A stretch of DNA of 64,000 bases from Lama glama. Its lineage: Eukaryota. The translations under genes and the position numbers were made by a program. Where the stretch lies: contig CM052817.1 in assembly GCA_028534125.1 (NCBI GenBank), positions 71,982,001 through 72,046,000 of the forward strand. The letters run 5' to 3'. The first letter of the stretch is position 1; the number at the start of each line of letters is the position of its first letter. The notes beneath the pieces are model-generated. The model did no database searches. It had not been told where the DNA came from and was given only the letters and a program-made list of their open reading frames with translations. This document shows, one piece after another, positions 37,650 to 48,733 of this stretch.

Positions 37650-38900
37650 TCCCTTATTCATAGGAGGCATAATTCACCGTGTCCCAATGCTGAGCAAATA
37701 TAAGCTGTTTTGGGGCGGAGGGAGATTGTTCTTGAACCGTCACGTGCACGATGACTTGGTGCCGCAGCGTGCTCGGAGCTGTGTGTTGTCAGTGATTGTG
37801 AAGGAATAAAGCCTGCCAGCGCAGGCATCAGAGAAGCTGCCAAAGCTGAAAAGTACCTGGCTAGGTTTTAAAGGACAGGAATACAATACTCTTACTAAGA
37901 CAGACTTTATAGAGTCCGATTCACAGCCAAGGAAAACAGCTTTTGGAGCTTTTGGGTGTCCATAAACAGCTAGATGAATGTAAGGAAGCCAAACCCAGGG
38001 ATGAGTAGGGTATTTAAATGCTCAACTCGCTCAGCTGCCACCGTGTCCTCCCTGCACTGTGATGCGCCGGCTGGCACAGAGAGGAGCAAGGAACGCCCTA
38101 CGTGTTTGTGATTTATGGAAAATCTACACACGGGGTGCAGAGAGAGGGATGCTGATGAATGCCCGGCCAGTTGTTGTGCTGTAAATTATGAAAAAAAAAT
38201 TTTGGTTTGCTTTTTCAGTGTGATCATAAAACATGATGCTCGAGAAAGAGGGAGGACCATCCAGTAGTGACCCTCAGATAATGCCTTGTGGTCACTCCAG
38301 TCCCAGGCGACAAATGCCCGTTGATAAGCCGGTTCAGGCGTTTTCTTAGCTGAGACACTTCATAAACCTTGCCAAGACAAAAGGGCATGTGGCAGTAAGT
38401 TGTAAAGTGATAAAAAGCAGACATGGGTGGAAAATATTTTATCAAGAAAGATAAAATGAAGAAATTCTATGAATATGATAACAGTACCACAAAGAATATT
38501 TTATAGAAAAAAATTGTAATGTTGCCANNNNNNNNNNNNNNNNNNNNNNNNNNNNNNNNNNNNNNNNNNNNNNNNNNNNNNNNNNNNNNNNNNNNNNNNN
38601 NNNNNNNNNNNNNNNNNNNNNNNNNNNNNNNNNNNNNNNNNNNNNNNNNNNNNNNNNNNGAGAAACATAGGATTTATATCTTTTTTTTTTAACTTCAAAT
38701 TTTAAATGGATTTTACGGTTAACCATGCCATAAAAAAGTTTTTGAAATGTTCTGAATCATGTTCTGGTTCTGAAGAAGCATCACACTGTTTACAACCAGC
38801 ACAGAAATATGGACTTTCCTATGGTTGTTAGCCTATTAGGTAATCCTAGCACGCTTTTAATGGAGAGATTTTATGCTTTAATACTTCAATAATTATTATA
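37650..38900. promoter_or_regulatory. Candidate enhancer: PBX-HOX site plus six GATA sites flanking an N run
   Basis: TGATTTATGG at 38109-38118; WGATAA or TTATCA at 38276, 38322, 38408, 38439, 38449, 38476; GCCATAAAA at 38727; CpGs retained. Confidence 0.5.
38528..38659. other. N run (132 bp) in unique sequence
   Basis: Direct observation. Confidence 1.
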
Positions 38901-39734
38901 TTTAAATGGTTCATAGTGGTTAGAATAGTCTAGTAGCACTTCATGGATCATAAATTAGGATTTTTTTATGATTCATAGATTTTCTTTTATATATGATGAG
39001 CTAGTTCTACTTTTAATCATTTTATTTGATTCGACTTCTGTTTGTAGAAACTCCAAGTTGGAGGTAAGATTCATGAAATATGAGACAAAAATGATTTTCC
39101 CTAAATCTTTTTTGTCTCCTTCTGTTTGTTTTAGGCTGTTTAGGTTCAAGAATTTGGCAAAAAAGAACTTGATTTGGTTTCAGAAATATGATTTTTTTCA
39201 AAGCAGTCATTACCTTAAAGCCAGTACAGCCATCCTACTACCATAGGTAAATCACCTCAACTCAGAAAATCATTATATTTCCCCAGCTATTTGAATACTT
39301 ACTTTGTTTTATTGAATATAACTGTTAACAGAGGGAAATTTTTACCACCCTCCACCCCCACCCCTTCATTCCATGGAGGGTTAAATGGTAGAGAGATTAA
39401 AAAATTAATATTAAAAAAACCCAGAATTCTAAAATGTCTTTGAAAGTGTTTTAGGACTCCAAAATTTGGTCTTTGTTTTGGGAAGGATAATATTGTTCCC
39501 AGCATTACTAAACCAGCCATTATTCTGTAAAAGAGTGTTACAGCAGAGTAGGCCCTGAAAGTTTCTTGAGGCACTTAGAATTCCAGACAATTCTCTAAGA
39601 GCTTTTTGGGAACAGCCCAGGATATCAACTCAGCATGTCTATGTGTGGATTTATTTTGGTGCGTAGTTATTCTAAAAGAAAAGCCATGGTTAATGGGTCC
39701 ATGATAATGTACATTCTTAAGACATTTTACTTTC

Positions 39735-39863
39735 TTTTTTAAAAAATTGATTGAAGTATAGTCAGTTTACAATGTTGTGTCAATGTCTGGTCTGCAGCAT
39801 AATGCTTCAGTCATGCATATACATACATATATTTGTTTTCATATTCCTTTTCATTACTAGAAG
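39735..39863 (-). mobile_element. Short young L1 3' tail with TSD
   Basis: ttgaagtatagtcagtttacaatgttgtgtcaat...ttcagtcatgcatatacatac; TSD ttttactttc at 39725-39734 and 39864-39873. Confidence 0.88.
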
Positions 39864-41054
39864 TTTTACTTTCAACTGAACATCTTTAAAATTTTGTCTT
39901 TCAAATGAACTAAGTGAAATAATAAGATTTTTCAATTCATATACAATTAAAAAAATTTATGGGTGTGGGGAGACCAAAGGTCTATGCTGATTTATGAAAT
40001 TGACTGAGGTCTTAGGAGGGCTGTTCTGCTTTTATTAGACTTGGGGAGACGCTGGTGTTCTCTCCTGACACAGAGCAAAAAATCTAAACTCTGCAGGCAG
40101 TGACATTTCATATAATGCATTAGACGGAAGTTTAAGAATTCTTGGAAATTTCTGAAGTTCAGTGCATAGTATACTTGGTGCTGAAAGCAGTTTGCATTCT
40201 AGTGTATTTAATCATTTCTTTCCCAGACTCTCTCAGTCCCCGTATTGCTCTCTGTTTCTTTCAGCACCATCAGCTCTCTTGGTTCTCTGGCGGAGCCAGG
40301 AATCCACGGCCACCCCGACCTCTGCTATTGTCAGGAATCTGCAGGTACGAGAGGCTGCTCCAGCTGTGTGACCTCAGGCGTCGTCACAGCCTCTCTGGAC
40401 CTTAGTTTCCTCATCTGAGTGGTAAGTGAGCTAAATTGGAACTATTTCCAAGAAAGAGGATTTCCAAAACCCATAGCTGTCTCTTAAACAGGAAGATAAA
40501 TAAAAGAGCCGACTTGGTTATCCCTCCAGGGCCGCCTATGCCAGAGATTAGTCTCGTTAAGAATGAAATCTTGATAATAGTCCAGCTGTGTTTAGAGCAA
40601 AGAAATAAATGTCGAAAAGGTCCTTTTGAAGTTTTTGCTTTCTTTTTTCCTCAGCTTTAGAATCAAGAAATTTGTGAAGGATGCTTCAAATCATATTTGA
40701 AGCTGGGATGAAAGATTCACTCTGCTTTTTATTAGTACTGGTTTTTTTTTTTTTAATGGTCTTTCCTCAGTGGTACCTGGTTACTAGGGTTCTATTTTTG
40801 TTGTGTTTTCTGGAATGACCACCTTCCCAATGCTTACAAATTCTTGCTTGGAGCCCTTTTCCCTTCTGAAGGTTCTTCACACTACAAAGATGACTGGGAT
40901 TATCATCTTTCTATGAATCCACCTCTCTACTCCATTGTCTTTTGCCAATCATTTGACAATTAATCATCTTCTACCTTATGACTGTTACCACATTTGAAAA
41001 TTATCTTTGTCAATGCTTTTGTTCCCCAACCAAAATAAAAGTTCTTTGAAGGAG

Positions 41055-41290
41055 TGTCAGGTAGTGGTTATGACCTCAGCTTCTGGAGTTAAAATTCCAA
41101 AATTCAAATCCTCTCTCGCCTCTCTTCTTGTATGACCTCAGCTGTAATCCCATCCACCTCCCAACCCTCACTTTCTCATCTCTAAAACGGGGATAATAGT
41201 AGAATCTACCTCTGTTTTTCTGAGGAATTTGGTGACAACTGATGGACAGTATAAGCAAGACGCTTGGTGCACAAGAAAGGCTCAATCATC
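41055..41290 (+). mobile_element. MIR SINE inserted in an L2 remnant (~40840-41400)
   Basis: gtagtggtta...ttcaaatcc...tttctcatctctaaaacggggataatagtagaatctacctc; the L2 tail acagtgcctcgcac...atatttgttgg resumes at ~41300. Confidence 0.7.
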
Positions 41291-41885
41291 AGTGTTCTTT
41301 GAAGGAGGTTGGATCTTAGTAGTTCTTTGTGAATCTGTGGTGCCTCCCACAGTGCCTCGCACCTTTGGGTGCTCTGTTCATATTTGTTGGCTGTTTGTTG
41401 ATGTCTTTTCAGATGATGGGTTTTTTGTTTTTTTTTTTTAATGTAACTTCACTTCTCAAGACATTCTAGTTTGGCTAACATCAGGGATCAGGAGGGTAAT
41501 ACAAAGAAGAGAGCTTGAATTACATTAGAAGTAGGAATAAATATAGACTGAGCCTCCACCAGGGGTGTCAGTGGAACACCTGCCCCTCAAATTCCTTCAA
41601 ACTAGAAGAGGCAATGAGAGATACATGGTCTCCTCTGAAAGGATCTTCAGTCTCTCTGCCCCAGGATCTCTGTCTTCTCTGTCTCCCCATGTAAGTATGA
41701 GGACCTAATCATTCACCGATTGTTGAGGCTTGTGACCACCTTTTGAAATTACTCTTCTTGTCATGCATGAGGTTGACCTGGCCATTCCTAAGGCTGGTAA
41801 CATTGTCCAGGTCGTTTCCCTACATCTTGGTTCTCATCACTTTAGGGTGAGTTTCCTCCCACGTTTGGGACACGGTCTTAGCTTT

Positions 41886-42228
41886 GTGCCAGTTAGAATA
41901 GGCTAGAATGTATGGAAGCAACAAACAATGCCAAAATGTCAGAGCTTACAGCAAAAGAAAGCACTTCTCATTTCCACTCCCTCCCCCAAGACTCCAGCTT
42001 AGAACATTGACCAGAACCATGAAAGGGGGGAAGAAAGAGAAACTTGGTGCCACACACACACGTGCTGTTAAAGCTCTTACCCAGATGTGACACCATATTG
42101 CTTCTGTTCACATTTCCTTGGCCAAGGTGAGTCAGGTGGCCAAATTTGACTTCAACATGGTGGGGCCATATAATCCGACTGCTGGGAGAGAAATTAGGTA
42201 TTGGTGAAGAGTGATGCATTCTACAACA
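41886..42228 (-). mobile_element. MLT1 (MaLR) LTR fragment
   Basis: agttagaataggctag...gcaacaaacaatgccaaaatgtcagagctta...cttctgttcacatttccttggccaaggtgagtcaggtggcc...tattggtgaa. Confidence 0.75.
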
Positions 42229-42509
42229 GAGGCTAAACAATGGTCATTTTTAAAAATTCCTTTTTATTATTTATTAAAAACAAACAAACAAAAAACTAGC
42301 CACCAGCTCCCATCTGCATGCTTTCTGGGAGGCTTAGGATGACTTTTATACAAGAACAGCCCTCAGTTCCTCGCTTTCGGCCTCTAACTTGACCTATGCT
42401 AGTTCCCACGGTCACTGTGCAGAATAGATGCTTTTGCGGACTTTTGCCACAAACACGCTTTTGATTTCAGGGGGTGTGTACAACTATACTCTGTTTCCCT
42501 TTTAATTAA

Positions 42510-42775
42510 CAATAACAACAATGTTCATAGCGAACACTTGTTATCTGCCATGCACTGTTCTAAGTGCTTTATATAAACTCACACATTTGATCTTCACAAC
42601 AATCCTATGAGGGTAGGTGCGATTACTGTCACCATTTTACAGACGGGGCGATTGAGTCACAGAGAGGTTAAGTCAGCCACACAAGTTTCTTTAGCTAGAA
42701 GATAATAGCACTGACACTTGAGCCCCGTGGAGTCTGGGTGGAGAGTGTGCACGCTTAGCCATTTTGCTGCATTGT
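42510..42775 (-). mobile_element. MIR SINE, near full length
   Basis: gcactgttctaagtgcttt...tcttcacaacaatcctatgagggtagg...ccattttacagac...acagagaggttaagt. Confidence 0.9.
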
Positions 42776-43220
42776 CTCAAACAGAATGGGACAAGTGAAA
42801 TGTTTAGCACAGCAGCTGGGATGCATTAAATTCCCAACACACGAGCACTGCTGCTACTGATGCTCAAATTGGCTAGCTTAACCTTTTCTTTCTGCAAAGG
42901 ATTGGGATGTATTTTTCATATAATAACTCTTCAGTCTTCGCAGAATTACTGTGAGGTAGGCATGAGCCAGGCAACACCACTGCCATTTAATGGGAGATGG
43001 CCACAAAACAGTGATGGTCCACTCACGCCGGTGTGTTCTCTTTTCTGCTATTGATCCGCTGACATTGTGCCACAACCAAAATGCAGTGGGGACTTTACCC
43101 AGAAAGGATGCAGTTCAATACGAGTGGGCTTATTGCACTGTGCTACCTCTCCAGCTCTTCAGGAACACAAAGCTAATTTGTAGGTGATATTATATTTTCA
43201 TCTCATACTTTATATGCAAC

Positions 43221-43431
43221 NNNNNNNNNNNNNNNNNNNNNNNNNNNNNNNNNNNNNNNNNNNNNNNNNNNNNNNNNNNNNNNNNNNNNNNNNNNNNNNN
43301 NNNNNNNNNNNNNNNNNNNNNNNNNNNNNNNNNNNNNNNNNNNNNNNNNNNNNNNNNNNNNNNNNNNNNNNNNNNNNNNNNNNNNNNNNNNNNNNNNNNN
43401 NNNNNNNNNNNNNNNNNNNNNNNNNNNNNNN
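43221..43431. other. N run (211 bp) in unique sequence
   Basis: Direct observation. Confidence 1.
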
Positions 43432-43576
43432 CCAAGTGTAAAACCCATCACTCAAGGAAAGCATATGAGTTTGTAACACTCCCGAGAGGTTTTTTGGTCC
43501 ATAAACCAATAAATGGATTACACTTACAGGGCAAAATTCTCCTCTCAGGGCCCATGTGGCGCTCCTATTGACTTAC

Positions 43577-43614
43577 CTGGGAGGCGGCTCACAGGGGAAG
43601 CGAGGTGTTTTAGG
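43577..43614 (-). other. Candidate 38-nt exon (non-coding or frame-shifting)
   Basis: Minus strand reads aatgaccgttcctctctctgcag|CCTAAAAC...CCTCCCAG|gtaagt: polypyrimidine acceptor and consensus donor. No transcript evidence. Confidence 0.3.
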
Positions 43615-45764
43615 CTGCAGAGAGAGGAACGGTCATTTCTTCATATAATCGATTTTAGGGCTCCACTATTGATTGTTATAAAGAATGTATTTGTTAGGAT
43701 ACAAACTATTACATGCATAAATACGCATTTACTTGATTATAAATCCTACAGACATAAGGCCTTTTAGCAAGGAAACGGGAGTGCACTTTTCTAACATAAA
43801 GGACAGAGATTTGCATGTTTTGTGCATATAAATGAGATGATAGGACAAGGTCACTATGTGGATTTTATTGTTGTAGTTAGACCAGTCCACCTCTAATGTG
43901 AGGTAAGAGGCATTTCACCTCATCATTTCTGGCATTTCATGAAAAATGAAAGTTTCTTGTACTAAACATTGCAGTTTATATATATATGTATAATCTAAAT
44001 TGTATTGTTTACAAAAAAAAAAAACGGTGCTAATACAGATTCCAGTTAATTTAACATAATTGTTTTCAAGGTGGCTACCCTGCAGTGAAGTGGCTTATAA
44101 ACCCATTATCTCTATATTTTGTCAAAAAAATTCTACTGTAATATTTGTTTGGGGAGAAAAGAAAAACACCCATTTGAACGAGTCACTGTTTTACAGAGGG
44201 ATTTAGAAATCATGGGGCTCACTGATCCTCAGAGTAACCAAGTGTGTTTTTAGAGAGTTTTGAACCCTACAAAGTAATTTACAGACGTGTGGAATTGCTG
44301 TTGAAGGACAATTTGTGTTTGTGACCCAAATATTTCTTAGAAGTCTTGGAGACCCAACATCAAGAGAGGTCAATCCTCAGCTCTTAGTTTGTGAGTTAAA
44401 ACTATAGTTCCTAATTTAAGACTTTGCCAAGACAAATAACATTTGTGATACTCAAAGAATACTTTCAAATTTTGTAGGAACTTATATTTTCTGGTATAGA
44501 AGTATTTCCCAGATCTTTGGGGGACAGAAAATCTCATCTCCTGAATGATGAATATTTAGATAAGCATATATGACACTTATTTATCTGTCCATGTGGATAT
44601 TTAATATACTAGTAACAGTGATTCTGTGTGCTGTGGAACAATGAAAAATCTGTTTCTTGAATACGAAAGATTTGACATATGAAGCCAAATAAGATCTTCC
44701 AGCTCCTCCCACTCTTTTTCTGCCACGTGCTGAAGTCAGCACAGGCTGTGAATGGCTGTTGTTAATAGAATGTTCAGATTATTTGTTTGGACATCATAGT
44801 TTCATCAGCTGACTTTATCCCTTCTCAGCTAGTTCTTCTTGCAAAACACTCGGTGAATTCTTTATCTCATCTGCTCTTTTAATATAAAAAAAGTTATTTC
44901 AGCATTTGCTAAAGACCTTCTGAAACTCGGGGCATAATTCCCAGTGGCAGTCTACAGAGAGGTGAACGCGTACACAAACACTCATGGACACACACCCCAG
45001 GGGCACGCGGTCCCGTGTGTCATTTCGCTCAAGCCCTAGAAACGTGCCGCACTCCCACTTGTGCTAATGAAGCCTTGGAATTTCTTTTCTGTCCTCAGTC
45101 CACTCTGTTGCCTGCTCTCCTGTGGCTCCCATTTGGACTTTTAAATGGAATGTTCAGCTGATGGTTTTGTGACTGTTGACAGAAGCAGAAAAGGAATCCA
45201 GTCACCATCTATGAATCCTGGCCTCTCTTTTTCCAACAGTATTTGATTTCTTTTTCTCAGTATCAGGGAAGTACTAGGGCACGCTGACCTGTAAAAATGC
45301 TTGCGATGGAGAGAAAGCAACACACACACACCCCCCCACCCCCTGATAGGCATCCCTTTGGTCAATTTAACCTAGTTAAATGTCACCAAACTTCTTGTAA
45401 TGGTACCTAAGAAATCTCACACTTCTCTTCTTCCTTGAAAAACAGACCAGGAAAAAATACTCTTTCAATAATGCGTTTTGGAAGTTAGCCAGTGGCCTAT
45501 AAAATTGTGAGAAGTGAAGTGCTATGAATTTTATCATGTTATAAAAGGGTATCAGATTTAGGCATGTGTTTAAAAATTAACTTTTAAAGTGATCTTCCTA
45601 TATGGAGAAGTCAAACAGTAATTTTTTGTTTCATATTTTTAGATTCAAGGAAATGTTTTTCTTCAACAGCAAAAACTATTTTCCATTTACATTTCTTTAA
45701 TAGCCAGCACTAAAACATGAGTAGCTGTGTGACAATAAACCGTCATGGCCAGATTCATTCAGTT

Positions 45765-45850
45765 TCTTTTCTTTTTTTTTTTAAATATATTTTTATTGAA
45801 GTACATTCAGTTTACAATGTTGTGTCAATTTCTGGTGTACATCATTCAGT
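45765..45850 (-). mobile_element. Very short young L1 3' tail
   Basis: Poly-T then tttttattgaagtacattcagtttacaatgttgtgtcaatttctggtgtac. Confidence 0.8.
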
Positions 45851-46169
45851 TTCTTGTTTGAAGGTTACACAAATAGTTAGTGGTAAAATCAGGACTGGGA
45901 TCCTGATTTTGTGATCCTCTGTCCTGCATTTTTTCCATCCCAGCTTGAAACCAGCTCAAGTGTGGCTAAAAGTCTAGAAACCATCCCCAGGGGCCTGGCA
46001 TCAATGATTTTAGTTTTCAGTAATGAGATTTAACCGATATAAGCCAATGACTGTACAAAAGAAGGGCTTGAGATAACTAGTTCAGTTATCAAAGTACAAA
46101 GAAATGATACCCCAAGAAAAAAGGCGGTGTTGAATAATCTTTCATTGAAGGAGGCAGAAGCTGTCTGGG

Positions 46170-46400
46170 TATCGGTCTTGAACTCAGGTAGGTTTTCTTT
46201 CAAGTCCTGGTTTGCTACTTAAATTTTTGGACACCTGAGTAAATTAGGTAATGTCGGCTAAATTTCAATTTCTTTATCTGTAAAGTAGAAATAATGACTG
46301 TATTTCCCCCACGAGTGGTGGGGAGGATTATATTATATGAGATGATGCTTAGAGTTGTTACTATGCTGGCCATAGTAAACACTTAATATATGTTTCTGTT
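46170..46400 (+). mobile_element. MIR SINE
   Basis: ttcaagtcctggtttgctactt...tttctttatctgtaaagtagaaataat...catagtaaacacttaata. Confidence 0.7.
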
Positions 46401-46559
46401 GATATTTTTTAAAAGTTATATTGTGGTTATGATTGTATCAATATGCAATTACACTGAAGCAGAATACAGATACATACTTGAAACCTATCACATTATATAA
46501 GAATTTGCATGCTAGAATATATGTAGTAATAGTTGAGAATGATCATTTTATTTTAATTT

Positions 46560-46780
46560 AAACAAACATTTATATGGCATTTGCCGTGTGCCAGGCACTA
46601 CTGTAACCACTTTGCAAATACTAACTTACTCATTTTCACAATACCTCTGTGAAGAAGGTGCCATTATCCTCTGTATTTCAAGATGGGTAAACTGAGGAAA
46701 GTGGAGACTGGTAAGAGAAGGAGTCAGAATTCAAAACTTGGTGATCTGGTTTGGATGTCTGTCTGCCTAACCACCACCCG
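46560..46780 (-). mobile_element. MIR SINE
   Basis: aacatttatatggcatttgccgtgtgccaggcact...agatgggtaaactgagg. Confidence 0.8.
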
Positions 46781-48074
46781 CCCTGCCTCACGTGGAAGGC
46801 TCAGCCCGCAGTGCGGCACTGTCATCCTTGTTTGTGGGCACATGACTTTCATTCCACAACAAGAGGAACTTGGATTTAAAAGCCAATGTAGAAATAGAAC
46901 CCTAATTACATAAATATCTTTGAAGCACTCATGTAAACAATCTACTATTTCAAAAGAAAAATAGCACAGTTGAAAAACTGTGTCTATTGAGACAGTATAA
47001 AATAGATCATTAGGAGGAGATTAGATGTAGTATGTATACGAGAGTAGTATATATTCTCTGTGTATAAATATTTACAAACTCCTTCTATTTCTTGGCTCCA
47101 CTCTTGTGTATATGTGTATTTGTAACATCACATGCAAATGTGAGAGGATTTAACATCTGGCTAAAATAGCTTTTGGATGCTTTTACCTTCGGTTTCTTGT
47201 ATGATTTCAATAAATGACCAATTTTCAATTGTAGTTACTATGGCAATGTGAAAACGTAGAATAGTCTACATACAGTAAGCTAAATTGTGGGCAAGTATGA
47301 TTTATACAGAAATACATATTGTTTGTAGGGCTCCTTCCATTTAAGTGTGACATCTCAGTTGCATTCTATTAAATGTTGCTCATCTTTGCTTAGAAATAAA
47401 GTATGTTATTGAGAATGATAATAAATTCATATTGGTGAAGTAATTCAATTAGAAGCCCTTTCATGTCATTAAAATGATCAGTTTGAAGCTCCCAGAGTAG
47501 AAACCTGTCTCTGTATAAATTAGTAGTTTGTTACTTTCTGTTATAATTTGGACTAAGTAGACACAGCTTAGTTTAAAAAAAATGAAGTCTTTGTTATGGA
47601 ATGAAGTATTGAAGAATATCACTGAAAATGTTCTCACTGAGCATAGCTAGCGACGCACTCTCAGGCAGATACGACCGGCCGTTGTCCGCGTAACTTGTTC
47701 CCTTATTCGTTTGCTGCTGGTAATGAGTAACTCACAGTTCTAGTTAAGAGCCCAACTTTATTGCAGATGATCCAGTAGCTGCTTCCAAATGTCAATAGTT
47801 AGGCTGTAAGAAATAGAAAAAAGTGCCCATGTCCTCTGAATGAAGACCAATAGTAAGCATTGTTCACATTTCCAAGTATTTATCACTGCTTACTATCATT
47901 TTTCCCTCACAGCAAATGAATCATTTTAAATAGAAGCAAACTGATCCTCTTATTAGCAAGTCTAAATCAGTAGAGCAACATCTATTTTCAGAAGCTCTGT
48001 AGCTATAAAGGGATCTTTACAGTTTGTAGTGCTGTGCCCTGTCCCAAAATGACAGCATTCTGATACAAATAGAT

Positions 48075-48351
48075 NNNNNNNNNNNNNNNNNNNNNNNNNN
48101 NNNNNNNNNNNNNNNNNNNNNNNNNNNNNNNNNNNNNNNNNNNNNNNNNNNNNNNNNNNNNNNNNNNNNNNNNNNNNNNNNNNNNNNNNNNNNNNNNNNN
48201 NNNNNNNNNNNNNNNNNNNNNNNNNNNNNNNNNNNNNNNNNNNNNNNNNNNNNNNNNNNNNNNNNNNNNNNNNNNNNNNNNNNNNNNNNNNNNNNNNNNN
48301 NNNNNNNNNNNNNNNNNNNNNNNNNNNNNNNNNNNNNNNNNNNNNNNNNNN
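48075..48351. other. N run (277 bp)
   Basis: Direct observation. Confidence 1.
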
Positions 48352-48395
48352 GAAGGGAGCTGGGGGCTACGAGCTGCAGGGGGAGGGGTGCTTGC

Positions 48396-48733
48396 NNNNN
48401 NNNNNNNNNNNNNNNNNNNNNNNNNNNNNNNNNNNNNNNNNNNNNNNNNNNNNNNNNNNNNNNNNNNNNNNNNNNNNNNNNNNNNNNNNNNNNNNNNNNN
48501 NNNNNNNNNNNNNNNNNNNNNNNNNNNNNNNNNNNNNNNNNNNNNNNNNNNNNNNNNNNNNNNNNNNNNNNNNNNNNNNNNNNNNNNNNNNNNNNNNNNN
48601 NNNNNNNNNNNNNNNNNNNNNNNNNNNNNNNNNNNNNNNNNNNNNNNNNNNNNNNNNNNNNNNNNNNNNNNNNNNNNNNNNNNNNNNNNNNNNNNNNNNN
48701 NNNNNNNNNNNNNNNNNNNNNNNNNNNNNNNNN
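48396..48733. other. N run (338 bp)
   Basis: Direct observation. Confidence 1.

Noticed and set aside
43570-43612. U1 snRNA pseudogene (acttacctgg start)
   Set aside because: Similarity stops after about 10 nt; acttacctg is simply the complement of a consensus donor site.
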